The notes: generated by a model not told the origin, from the sequence alone. Positions 1-8,131 are shown, counted from the first letter of the stretch. The stretch: DNA of 64,000 nt from Candidatus Dormiibacterota bacterium (GCA_035635555.1 DASQAT010000054.1:11885-75884); one strand, 5' to 3'. Numbers and translations are program-made.

Positions 1-869
1 TCAAGCGCCTCGCGCGGCGGCCGCACAATCCGTACGCGCCGCTGCGGGAGCTCGTGCGTCCCTACATCCTGAGACGCCTGAAGACCGACAAGACGGTCAT
101 CGCCGACCTTCCCGACAAGACCGAGGTCAAGGCGTTCTGTCCTCTCAGCCGCAGGCAGGCGGCGCTGTACGCGCAGGCCGTGAACGATCTGAAGGCCGCG
201 CTGGCCGCCGCCGAAGGGATCCAGCGCCGCGGCATCATCCTGGCGTATCTCATGCGCCTCAAGCAGATCTGCAATCACCCCTCGCAGTGGCTGAGGGACG
301 GCGCCTGGGCCGAGAAGGACAGCGGCAAGTGGACCCGGCTGCGGGAGATCGCCGAAGTCATCGCGGCGAAGCAGGAGAAGGTCCTGGTGTTCACGCAGTT
401 CCGCGAGGTGACGGAGCCCGTGGCGGCCTTCCTCGGCTCGGTGTTCGGGGCCCCGGGTCTCGTCCTGCACGGCGCCACCGCCGTCGGCAAGCGTCAGGAG
501 TTGGTGCGCCACTTCCAGGAGGACGACGCGGTCCGCTACTTCGTCCTGTCGCTCAAGACGGGGGGCGCCGGTCTCAATCTCACCGCCGCCGCGCACGTCG
601 TCCACTTCGATCGCTGGTGGAACCCGGCGGTCGAGAACCAGGCGACGGACCGCGCCTTCCGCATCGGGCAGACCCGAAACGTGCTCGTCCACAAGTTCGT
701 CTGCCGCGGCACGGTCGAGGAGAGGATCGACCGCCTGATCGAATCGAAGCGCGCCCTGTCGCGGGACCTGCTGGAAGGGGGTGTCGAGCTGCTGCTCACC
801 GAGATGAAGGACGACGAGCTGCTCGACCTCGTAGCCCTCGACATCAACGCGGCCCTGAAGGAGGCTTGA
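1..869 (+). CDS. SNF2-family helicase, C-terminal portion (5' end outside window)
   Basis: The frame is open from base 3 to the stop at 867-869; the M listed at 54 is an internal GTG. It has a YILRRLKTDK linker followed by the helicase-C block VLVFTQF...LHGATAVGKRQELVRHFQ...FVLSLKTGGAGLNLTAAAHVVHFDRWWNPAVENQATDRAFRIGQTRNVLVHKF, which are SNF2 motifs IV-VI. Confidence 0.9.
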   Translation, partial: KRLARRPHNPYAPLRELVRPYILRRLKTDKTVIADLPDKTEVKAFCPLSRRQAALYAQAVNDLKAALAAAEGIQRRGIILAYLMRLKQICNHPSQWLRDGAWAEKDSGKWTRLREIAEVIAAKQEKVLVFTQFREVTEPVAAFLGSVFGAPGLVLHGATAVGKRQELVRHFQEDDAVRYFVLSLKTGGAGLNLTAAAHVVHFDRWWNPAVENQATDRAFRIGQTRNVLVHKFVCRGTVEERIDRLIESKRALSRDLLEGGVELLLTEMKDDELLDLVALDINAALKEA

Positions 870-870
870 G

Positions 871-1650
871 ATGTTCGACAGATGGAGGACCCAGTGGCCT
901 CCGTACGTGCCGGTAGCCGAAAGACGGCGGCGCGCGGCGGTCCTGATCGCACGGTTCAGGAAGGGCGCCAGGACCCTCTCGCCCATCCAGGTCGAAGGGC
1001 GCGCGATCGCGCGGACATTCTGGGGTGACGCGTGGTGCCGCAACCTGGAGCGCTACAGCGATTACGCCAACCGCCTGCCGCGAGGCAGGACCTACCTCCG
1101 CAACGGCTCGGTCCTCGATCTGCGGATCGGCCCCCGCGAAGTCCGCGCCCTGGTGAGCGGATCGTCCCTCTACAAGGTGGTCGTGCGCGTCTCGCCGGTG
1201 AGCCCGGCGCGCTGGCGGGCGATCTGCAAGGACTGCGCCGGCGCCGTCGATTCCCTCGTCGAGCTCCTACAGGGGCGCTTCTCGACGGGGGTCATGGAGC
1301 GCATCTGCCGCCCCGGCACGGGGCTGTTCCCGACCCCGAGGGAGATCAAGCTCTCGTGCTCCTGCCCGGACTGGGCCACGATGTGCAAGCACGTCGCGGC
1401 CGTCTTCTACGGCATCGGCGCGCGCGTCGACGAACGCCCCGAGCTCTTCTTCACCCTGCGCGCCGTCGACCAGAACGACCTCATCGCCCGCGCCGGGACG
1501 GGTCTCGCCCTCGCGAAGAAGGCGCCCTCGGCGCGCCGCGTCCTCGAGCGCGGAAACCTCCCTGAAATCTTCGGGCTGGAGATGGCGCCGGGAGGCGGTG
1601 CGGGAGCAGGGCGGGGCACGAAGAGGAGGCCCGCGCGAGAGCGGGGCTGA
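871..1650 (+). CDS. SWIM zinc-finger protein (SNF2-associated)
   Basis: The ATG lies 2 nt after the SNF2 stop. CSCPDWATMCKHVAAVFY matches the CxCxnCxH SWIM signature. The N-terminal region is typical of SWIM proteins encoded next to SNF2 helicases. Confidence 0.85.
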   Translation: MFDRWRTQWPPYVPVAERRRRAAVLIARFRKGARTLSPIQVEGRAIARTFWGDAWCRNLERYSDYANRLPRGRTYLRNGSVLDLRIGPREVRALVSGSSLYKVVVRVSPVSPARWRAICKDCAGAVDSLVELLQGRFSTGVMERICRPGTGLFPTPREIKLSCSCPDWATMCKHVAAVFYGIGARVDERPELFFTLRAVDQNDLIARAGTGLALAKKAPSARRVLERGNLPEIFGLEMAPGGGAGAGRGTKRRPARERG

Positions 1651-1654
1651 TTTA

Positions 1655-2689
1655 AAGGGCGCGGTCCAGCAGATTCTCCCGCGGCCCGCGGCCGCGCGCG
1701 GGACGTTCGGCGCCTTCCTCGGCCCCTGGTCGGCTGGGACATCGTTGATGCTGCTGATGCGGGCCGCCGGCGACGGCAACCCAGCCGGTCCGACCCTCTT
1801 CCCGAAAGGAGGGATGGGGGCCGTGACCCAGGCGATGGCCGCCGCGGCCAGAGAGGCCGGCGCCGAGATCAGGACCGGCGCCGACGTCGAGCAGATCGTG
1901 GTGAAGGACGGTCGCGCGACCGGAGTCGCGCTCGCCTCAGGCGAGACGATCGAGGCGGGAGCCGTGATCTCCAACGCCGACCCGCGCCGCACGCTGCTCG
2001 GACTCGTCGACTCCGTCCACCTCGGCCCCGAGTTCGTCGTCAGGATGCGGAACTACCGGTGCTACGGCACCGTCGCGAAGGTGAACCTCGCGCTCTCCGG
2101 CCTGCCCGAGTTCACGGCGCTGAAGCGCGCGCCCGCGGGGGCCCCGAACGGCGCCGCCGCCCTGTCGGGACGGATCCACATCGGCCCGGAGATCGACTAC
2201 ATCGAGCGCGCCTTCGACGACTCGAAGTACGGCGACTTCTCCCAGAACCCGTACCTCGATGTGACCATCCCTTCGATCGCCGATCCGTCTCTGGCCCCAT
2301 CCGGCAAGCACGTCATGTCGATCTACATGCAGTACGCCCCGTTCCGCCTCAAGACCGGCGACTGGGACGCCCGCGCCGAGGCGCTCGGCGACACGGTCGT
2401 CAAGACGCTGTCGGAATACGCGCCAAACTTGAAGAGCCTCATCATCAAGGGGCAGGTGATCACTCCGAAGGATCTGGAATCGACCTACTCCCTCACCACC
2501 GGCCACATCTTCCACGGCGAGCTGACGCTGGACCAGATCTTCACGATGCGTCCGCTGCTCGACTGGGCCCGCTATCGCACGCCGGTCCACGGACTGTACC
2601 TGTGCGGCTCCGGCACGCACCCGGGGACCGGGCTCACCGGTGGATCCGGGGCAAATGCGGCCCGGGAAATCCTCAAGGACTTGAAGTAG
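1655..2689 (+). pseudogene. N-terminally truncated phytoene-desaturase-family (CrtI-like) FAD oxidoreductase
   Basis: It resembles only the middle and C-terminal parts of CrtI-like oxidoreductases (GTFGAFLGPWSAGTS, FPKGGMGAVTQAMA, C-terminal LCGSGTHPGTGLTGGSG). No N-terminal GxGxxG FAD-binding segment is present. Similarity begins right at the stop codon of the SWIM gene (TGATTTAAAGGG junction). Confidence 0.7.
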
Positions 2690-2872
2690 CGCCGGCTTGC
2701 GGACCACTGACGTCTCGGCGTATAGTTCCCGCCAGCACACGCTCGCGAGAATTCAGTGAGCCAACCGCTCTCCAGTGCAAGCGTCATTCACATGACGGCC
2801 TGGCACCGTTTACTCGGGTACACCGAACGATATAATTCGCGTTAGGCTTCTTGTCTTTGGAGTCGAGCGACA

Positions 2873-3538
2873 ATGACGAGGGAGAGTAGGCTGAGACGGG
2901 AGCCCCTTTTCAGGATGCGTCGCGAAGACGGGGACATCATCCTCAACTTCTGGGGTGCCCCCCCCGAACAGCTCCGCGACTACGCTGGGGCGTTCCACCG
3001 GGCGGGCCGCAAACTTGTGGAGTCCTTCAAATTCAGGAAGGTCAGTGAACACGTCATGGCCTGTCCCATCGTTTACTCGTATAGACATGCTCTGGAGCTT
3101 TATCTGAAGACCTTTGTTGTCGGGGCACGGCAGCTCCTCGCTACACGGGCAATGGACGCGATGCCTGTGGGACGGGCTTCAGTAAGTCACCGGCTCGTCG
3201 ACTTCCTCCCAATCATTGAACTCATCAATAGGTCTGTCGGCTGGTCGTGGGATCTCCGGGTTCAAGGCCTGCGGACCTATCAAGACTTCGAGCAGCTCGT
3301 CCGCGATCTAGACCGTGTCGATCAGCAGTCCTACTCCTTTCGTTACCCTACCGACAAGAAGGGAACCGCCGCATTACCGAAGAATTTCATATTCAATATC
3401 AAGCACTTCTGTTCGCGCATGGACGTACTTCTCACCGCTCTTGACGAGGCTGTTCTCGGGCTGGACGGGATGGCTGACGATACTCTGAAGCAGCTCGGTA
3501 ATTATGCCGAGGCTGAACGTAGTCAAGAGGAAGCCTAA
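2873..3538 (+). CDS. hypothetical protein (orphan; possible HEPN-like helical protein)
   Basis: This is the only long ORF in the stretch, with GGAG about 10 nt upstream of the ATG. The protein looks helical and soluble. It carries the motifs SYRHALELYLK, R-x4-H (RASVSH) and SFRYPTDKKG. I could not assign a family with confidence. Confidence 0.7.
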   Translation: MTRESRLRREPLFRMRREDGDIILNFWGAPPEQLRDYAGAFHRAGRKLVESFKFRKVSEHVMACPIVYSYRHALELYLKTFVVGARQLLATRAMDAMPVGRASVSHRLVDFLPIIELINRSVGWSWDLRVQGLRTYQDFEQLVRDLDRVDQQSYSFRYPTDKKGTAALPKNFIFNIKHFCSRMDVLLTALDEAVLGLDGMADDTLKQLGNYAEAERSQEEA

Positions 3539-3626
3539 CCACCCGCTGCAGCCGCCGACAGGCGGCAGGTGTGGGGATTATTCATCGGGGACATGCGCCC
3601 GCCGCACCTGAGCGGGAGCGTTGTCT
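3533..3626 (+). repeat. attC-like site 1 (94 nt)
   Basis: GCCTAAC (RYYYAAC type) overlaps the TAA stop of ORF1. Adjacent pairings are CCCGCT/AGCGGG or GCT(G)CAG/CTGAGC, and there is an internal hairpin GCCGCC-GACA-GGCGGC. The site ends in GTTGTCT, where only the GTT matches the GTTRRRY core. The exact complement GTTAGGC sits at the 5' end of the unit (2841). Confidence 0.4.
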
Positions 3627-3648
3627 CCGGTAGCCGAGAGGTGATGGA

Positions 3649-4626
3649 ATGGTAGTACAGCTAGGGCCGAATGACGAGCGGCGGCATGAGGCGAATAAGC
3701 GGGAGGCGTTTGACGGGATGCGCGCGTATCATGAGTCTGAGATTGCGCACAAAGCTCATACTGTCGATGTCATCAAGACGCTCCTAACACTCGTAGTGGG
3801 TGCATATGGTGGTCTCATTGCCCTGATACTTAAGGCAGAGCTCACTCCCGAGTACGCTCAGATCACCGCAGGACTGCTTCTTCTCCTCGTGTTCCTTATC
3901 GTGGGGTACGTTATCTCTAAGACCAACGCTAAGGTCGATTCCGATCATCGATCCTATGAGGAGCATCGAACCGAGTACCTTACCGAGCGCACATTGCTCG
4001 ACCTAGATAGCGCCCTTTCTGCCGTGGGGCACCCAACGCACTGGCGTCCACGAGCTGTCGATGCGCCAAGCGGATATTCGTACACCAAGCGTCTAACTTT
4101 TGCTCTCGGATCGATCGTTGCTCTGGCAGCCATTTTCGGCTCTCTTCTCGCAGTCGCCGCCTCTCTAACGCGAGAGCCAACCTCGATTATTACGGGTTCC
4201 TCGGCCTCGGGCGACGCACTGCTGCGGGCTCTGGCAGCGGCTCGCGCCGCAGACCCCGGGACTATGAAATGGACGATGCATTCTCTTGTACCCGACTACG
4301 ACCGCAACTCTCGCAAGCTCGTGCTCATAAGGGAAGGTCGTGATGATGGGTATGTCGTGCTATTGAGGACGGACACACCCACCGTGGTCAGTCTACAATC
4401 TACGACGATTGCCGAGCAAATGATTACAGGCGCGACAATGACCATTTCGGACGTGCAAGCAAGGCTTCGCACGCTGGGTTACTACACGGGAGATGTGGAT
4501 GGAAGGAGGGGACCACTGACGGTGACCGCGCTCAGGCGATTTCAGCGGACTCATAACCTCCCCGTGACCGGCGAACCAGACATAGATACTCTTCGATTGC
4601 TCGTGAAGTCCTCAGCACCTCGATGA
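3649..4626 (+). CDS. membrane protein with C-terminal peptidoglycan-binding (PG_binding_1-like) domain
   Basis: A strong SD (GAGGTGAT) precedes the ATG. There are three to four hydrophobic helices (LLTLVVGAYGGLIALIL, ITAGLLLLLVFLIVGYVI, LTFALGSIVALAAIFGSLLAVAA). The C-terminus VQARLRTLGYYTGDVDGRRGPLTVTALRRFQRTHNLPVTGEPDIDTL matches the PG-binding repeat consensus. Confidence 0.8.
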   Translation: MVVQLGPNDERRHEANKREAFDGMRAYHESEIAHKAHTVDVIKTLLTLVVGAYGGLIALILKAELTPEYAQITAGLLLLLVFLIVGYVISKTNAKVDSDHRSYEEHRTEYLTERTLLDLDSALSAVGHPTHWRPRAVDAPSGYSYTKRLTFALGSIVALAAIFGSLLAVAASLTREPTSIITGSSASGDALLRALAAARAADPGTMKWTMHSLVPDYDRNSRKLVLIREGRDDGYVVLLRTDTPTVVSLQSTTIAEQMITGATMTISDVQARLRTLGYYTGDVDGRRGPLTVTALRRFQRTHNLPVTGEPDIDTLRLLVKSSAPR

Positions 4627-4648
4627 CTCTCTCTCGAATCTCGAATCA

Positions 4649-4711
4649 GTCTAACAGCTTGCTGAAAAAGTCGCGTTTTTCTTGATCACTTCGATCGCAG
4701 CGTCGGTAGAT
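4649..4711 (+). repeat. attC-like site 2 (63 nt, right core degenerate)
   Basis: The layout is GTCTAAC, 5 nt, GCTG ... CAGC, 4 nt, GGTAGAT. The boxes pair at 5 of 7 positions plus a wobble. The right box differs from GTTAGAT at position 2. Internal hairpins are AAAAA-GTCGCG-TTTTT and GATC...GATC. Confidence 0.4.
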
Positions 4712-4731
4712 CCTCTATGAAGGAGGGACCG

Positions 4732-4916
4732 ATGCGCGGATACGATCGGCAGCACGCCTGGATGTTCAGCTACATTTCGTCGAGCAGCGTGTTCCGAAGG
4801 ATCATCCACTGCGTCCGCTCCTTAGGATGGTGGACGAGGTTCTGCGAGAGATGTCGCCGCAGTTCAATCGGATCTACGTGGATCGTGGTCGCTCACCGAT
4901 CGCCCCCGAGAACATG
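4732..4916 (+). pseudogene. IS5/IS1182-type transposase N-terminal remnant (frameshifted, truncated)
   Basis: Two frames together read MRGYDRQHAWMFSYIS / EQRVPKDHPLRPLLRMVDEVLREMSPQFNRIYVDRGRSPIAPENM. This is the conserved N-terminal (DUF772-type) region of these transposases. There is one frameshift near 4780, and similarity is lost after about 4916. Confidence 0.7.
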
Positions 4917-5306
4917 AGAGCCCACTTGCACTACGTGACAAATCAAGCGAAGTGCCACTTCGGTGAGCGCATACAGTCAGACGCAATATTCGAGACCTGC
5001 AGCCGCCGACACCTCGTCCGCGAACTCTCGCTCTTCTCGCCATCTCTCATCCTTTCGTTCACTTTCAGGTTCTCCAAGCCGACCGACACTGCACGATGGT
5101 GTGGTCCCGATGTACCTAAAGTGCCGATAATCCTGCGGGCACCTCATCCGGCCGCGCGGCAAACTGGCCAAGAAAAGAGAGAGGCTTTCGCGCGCATTCT
5201 GCGAACGCACGAGCGGCAGCTCAGTACATATGGCTATGACGTCGATATCCTTCTTGAACGGTGGCTCAGAGATGCGGGCGCCCCACGTGACTAAACTCAC
5301 GACGTC

Positions 5307-5385
5307 ACCCAACCACCGCATTCAGGCGACACTAGGCGGCCGGTGTGGGGTGCTTTCAACAGTGGCACTGCTGTCTTGCCGCCTA
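5307..5385 (+). repeat. attC-like site 3 (left half homologous to site 1)
   Basis: ACCCAAC-CACCGC lies 13 nt after the TAA at 5292-5294. AGGCGGCCGGTGTGGGG sits at the same 20-nt spacing as in site 1 (16/17 identical). An 8-bp stem TAGGCGGC/GCCGCCTA overlaps the stop codon of the convergent FG-GAP gene. No convincing right core was found. Confidence 0.3.
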
Positions 5386-8034
5386 TTCCTTCCGCGCAGG
5401 ACCGAACGTCTCGATTCGGCCGCTTCGGTGCACCACCTCGATATAGATGTTGCGACCGCTCTTGTGCTTCGGGAGCAACGTGGTATAGCTGGCGCCGACT
5501 CCGGTCGTGCATTGCTCGCAACGGATCAGGACGTTGTTGAGCTGGAGCCGGCCGTGTGAGTCGAGGATGACGACGTTGAACCCGCGCACGTCCGTCTCCG
5601 TGCTGGTGGTCCATGAGACCACACCGGATCCCTTCCCCAGTGTGTTGTTGTTGGAGACGGTCGCGGTCACCGCGAGGCGCAGTCCCGACTGGTTCGCCAG
5701 GACGAACGCTCCGACCTCGGTCACGACCATCAGGTCGCTGCGGCCGTCCGAATTGAAGTCACCCTGGATGGCCGCAACCGGAGTCCCGAACAGTCCGTAG
5801 TTGGTCCGCGTCCCGAAGGTTCCGTCCCCGACACCCGGCAGCACGGCGAGATAGCCGCCGTTGTTCGAAACCGTCAGATCGGGGATGGCGTCGCCGTTGA
5901 AGTCCGCGATTCCAAGGCTCAGTGGTCCTTGGCCGGCCTCGGCACGCGCCAGGGGTTGGAGCGACCCACCGGGGCCGGCCAAGATCACCTGGACCGCCCC
6001 TGGCCGGAACGTCGAGTACGAGCTGGGATCGCCGAACACCAGGTCCAGACGTCCGTCGTTGTTGAGATCGCCGACCGCGACGCTGCTGGCGTCATCCCCT
6101 TCGACGACAGTGAAGCCGGCCTGGAACGTCCCATCGCCGTTGCCGGGGATGACCGTCAGCTTGCCCGGAATCGGTGTCGGATCCCTGTAGAGAAGTCCAC
6201 GGATCGCGACCGCGATGTCCGCGTGCTTGTCGCCGGTCACGTCGCCGATGGCGAGCGCGGCGGGGGAGGTCCAGCCATACGGGAAGTAGTCCGCCACGTC
6301 GAGCGCCAGAGTCGTGGGGCTGCCCAGCACGCCCGATCCGTCGTTCAAGAAGACGGACAGGTCGCTCGACTCGCCACCGCGCCCGTGGCTGTTGGCGATG
6401 ACGGCATCCGGAGCACCGTCGCCGTTGACGTCGCCGACCGCCAGCGCCAGCGCAAGGCCGCCGCTGGGGTATTGCACGGGGGCACCGAAGGTCCCGTCCC
6501 CGTTCCCGAACAGGATCGACAGGCTGCCCTCTGGGATCGGATCGGGGGCGAAGTCGTGCCAGTTGGCGTCGAGGACCGCGAGGTCCAGGCGACCGTCCCG
6601 GTTGAAGTCGGCGACGCTCACCGCGAGCGGGCTGATGCCTGCCGGATACAGCACCTGCGCCCCGAACGTGCCGTCTCCATTGCCGAGCAGGACCGCCACG
6701 TCGTCCGCCACGACCCGGCCGGCCACGATGTCGAGCCGGCCGTCGCCGTTGAAGTCGCCGGTCGCGACCCCTTCGAGGAGCGCGTCAGACAGGGACGCGA
6801 TCGGCCTGGGCCCGAACGTGCCGTCTCCGTTGCCGGCGAAGGTGAACACCGCGCCGGAGAAATTGGACAGGACCGCCACGTCGAGAAGTCCGTCCCCCTC
6901 CCAGTCGCCGATCACGACCTTCCGTGCGTTGGAGCCCGCGCGGACATACCCGGCGACCGGGGAATAGGTGCGGTCGCCGTTCCCCAGGTGCACGGTGAGG
7001 TCGGAATCGCCGATCGTCAGGATGTCGGTGAAACCGTCGCCATTCACGTCGGCCGGCTCCACGTCGTAGGCGATCGACGTGAGGTTCACGGGTCCGGGCT
7101 CGAACGTCCCGTCGCCGTGTCCAAAGAACGTCAGGAAAGGCCCGACCGAGCCGTTGCCCCCGTCCCAGTGGAAGGTGTTCAAGGCAAGATCGACGAACCC
7201 GTCTCCGTCGAGGTCCACAGGGAACGGCAGGTACCCGTATTCGCCGAGGGGGATCGAAGGGCCGGCGTCGAAGCCGCCATCGCCGCGGCTCAGAAACGTC
7301 AGCACGGCGTTCTGTGGCGGAGGCGGATCCGACGGTCCCGCCGGATAGGACATCATGACCACGTCGTCGCGTCCATCCTCGTTCACGTCGGCCACTGCCG
7401 TGTCAAACGACGAGCCGACCGCGAACCGGGGGGCGGCGAAGAAGGTGCCGTCTCCGTTCCCGAAATGCACGACCAGGTAACCCTGGCCGTCCCAGGCATT
7501 CAGAAGAAAATCGGGGCGTCCGTCGCCATTGAAGTCCCCAACCCTGAGATCGATCCCGCCTCCGTTGACCAGGAGCTGCTCCGCCGCGAACGCGCCTCCC
7601 CCGAGGTTCAAGCGCAGGGAGATGATCCCGTTGGGGTAGGAAGCCGAAAACGACTCGCAGAGCAGGTCCGGCCGGCCGTCGCCGTTCACGTCGGCGGTCA
7701 GCACCGATGCAGGGCCGCTCAGCATCGAAATCGGGACCGCCTCCTCAAAGACGCCATCCCCCAGCCCGCGCAGAAACGCCAAGCCGCCCGCGGGTAAATT
7801 GGCCGAGTTCGGGCCGTAACCATAGTCGGACGCGACCAGGTCGGCGATCCCGTCACCGTCGAAGTCGGCCTTCACGAGACCGTAGGGGTTCGTGCCGACC
7901 TCGTAGACCGGATTCGGAAACTGCGGCTGCCCCCAGACCGGGGCCGTGAGGATCGGCCCCGCGGACAGCAGTCCAACGAAGACGACCGACCGGATACACC
8001 GATTCCGTGAGACGGACGTTCGGGAACCCCTCAT
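5383..8034 (-). CDS. secreted FG-GAP/VCBS-repeat protein with conserved C-terminal module
   Basis: GAGGAGG precedes the ATG at 8034 and there is a signal peptide (VVFVGLLSAGPILTAPVWGQ). The protein has many D-x-N/D-G-D-G-x-x-D-hydrophobic FG-GAP/VCBS repeats. The last 84 aa are shared with the proteins at 14134 and 37047. Confidence 0.9.
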   Translation of the reverse strand: MRGSRTSVSRNRCIRSVVFVGLLSAGPILTAPVWGQPQFPNPVYEVGTNPYGLVKADFDGDGIADLVASDYGYGPNSANLPAGGLAFLRGLGDGVFEEAVPISMLSGPASVLTADVNGDGRPDLLCESFSASYPNGIISLRLNLGGGAFAAEQLLVNGGGIDLRVGDFNGDGRPDFLLNAWDGQGYLVVHFGNGDGTFFAAPRFAVGSSFDTAVADVNEDGRDDVVMMSYPAGPSDPPPPQNAVLTFLSRGDGGFDAGPSIPLGEYGYLPFPVDLDGDGFVDLALNTFHWDGGNGSVGPFLTFFGHGDGTFEPGPVNLTSIAYDVEPADVNGDGFTDILTIGDSDLTVHLGNGDRTYSPVAGYVRAGSNARKVVIGDWEGDGLLDVAVLSNFSGAVFTFAGNGDGTFGPRPIASLSDALLEGVATGDFNGDGRLDIVAGRVVADDVAVLLGNGDGTFGAQVLYPAGISPLAVSVADFNRDGRLDLAVLDANWHDFAPDPIPEGSLSILFGNGDGTFGAPVQYPSGGLALALAVGDVNGDGAPDAVIANSHGRGGESSDLSVFLNDGSGVLGSPTTLALDVADYFPYGWTSPAALAIGDVTGDKHADIAVAIRGLLYRDPTPIPGKLTVIPGNGDGTFQAGFTVVEGDDASSVAVGDLNNDGRLDLVFGDPSSYSTFRPGAVQVILAGPGGSLQPLARAEAGQGPLSLGIADFNGDAIPDLTVSNNGGYLAVLPGVGDGTFGTRTNYGLFGTPVAAIQGDFNSDGRSDLMVVTEVGAFVLANQSGLRLAVTATVSNNNTLGKGSGVVSWTTSTETDVRGFNVVILDSHGRLQLNNVLIRCEQCTTGVGASYTTLLPKHKSGRNIYIEVVHRSGRIETFGPARKE

Positions 8035-8102
8035 GGTGGCCTCCTCAGGGGATTAGCGCTCTCAAGAGGCAGAGCCTCGCTGACTGATTGATCGTTACAC
8101 GA

Positions 8103-8131
8103 CAGATACTCCCCCGCTGCCAGCTTGTCAA
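8103..8131 (-). promoter_or_regulatory. candidate sigma-70-type promoter for the FG-GAP gene
   Basis: The minus strand reads TTGACA-N17-TATCTG: a perfect -35, a 17-nt spacer and a weak -10. It lies about 70 nt upstream of the ATG at 8034. Confidence 0.3.

Larger units (their letters stand above)
2841..5385 (+). mobile_element. AT-richer island with integron gene-cassette-like organisation (attC-like sites, no integrase in window)
   Basis: Base composition is visibly lower in GC than the flanks. Same-strand ORFs are each followed by an RYYYAAC-type box and an imperfect palindrome. A perfect 10-nt inverted repeat, GTTAGGCTTC / GAAGCCTAAC, brackets ORF1. An IS transposase remnant lies inside. 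See findings for details. Confidence 0.4.

Noticed and set aside
2804-2820. TGGCAC hexamers that could be sigma-54 -24 boxes: TGGCACCGTTTACTC at 2804, and TGGCACTGCTGTCTTGC at 5362-5378.
   Set aside because: The first has no GC at the -12 position. The second has 12 nt rather than 10 between GG and GC, and no downstream gene on that strand.
3629-3635. GGTAGCC as an alternative right-hand core of attC-like site 1. It parallels GGTAGAT in site 2.
   Set aside because: It lies 12 nt from the inner stem rather than the usual 3-5 nt and lacks the GTT triplet. GTTGTCT at 3620 is better placed. The point remains unresolved without a covariance-model scan.
4997-5011. An exact 15-nt copy (CTGCAGCCGCCGACA) of part of attC-like site 1 (3546-3560), lying inside the ORF downstream of the IS remnant.
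   Set aside because: It could be a fragment of a disrupted attC. However, a single GC-rich 15-mer match in 64 kb is near chance expectation and has no flanking box, so I did not count it as a site.
5929-7797. A 622-aa ORF on the plus strand opposite the FG-GAP gene. Similar antisense ORFs lie at 6314-6967 and 7079-7348.
   Set aside because: It has the Arg/Gly/Pro/Val-rich composition typical of antisense frames in high-GC DNA and no start context. The minus strand carries a signal peptide and regular FG-GAP repeats.
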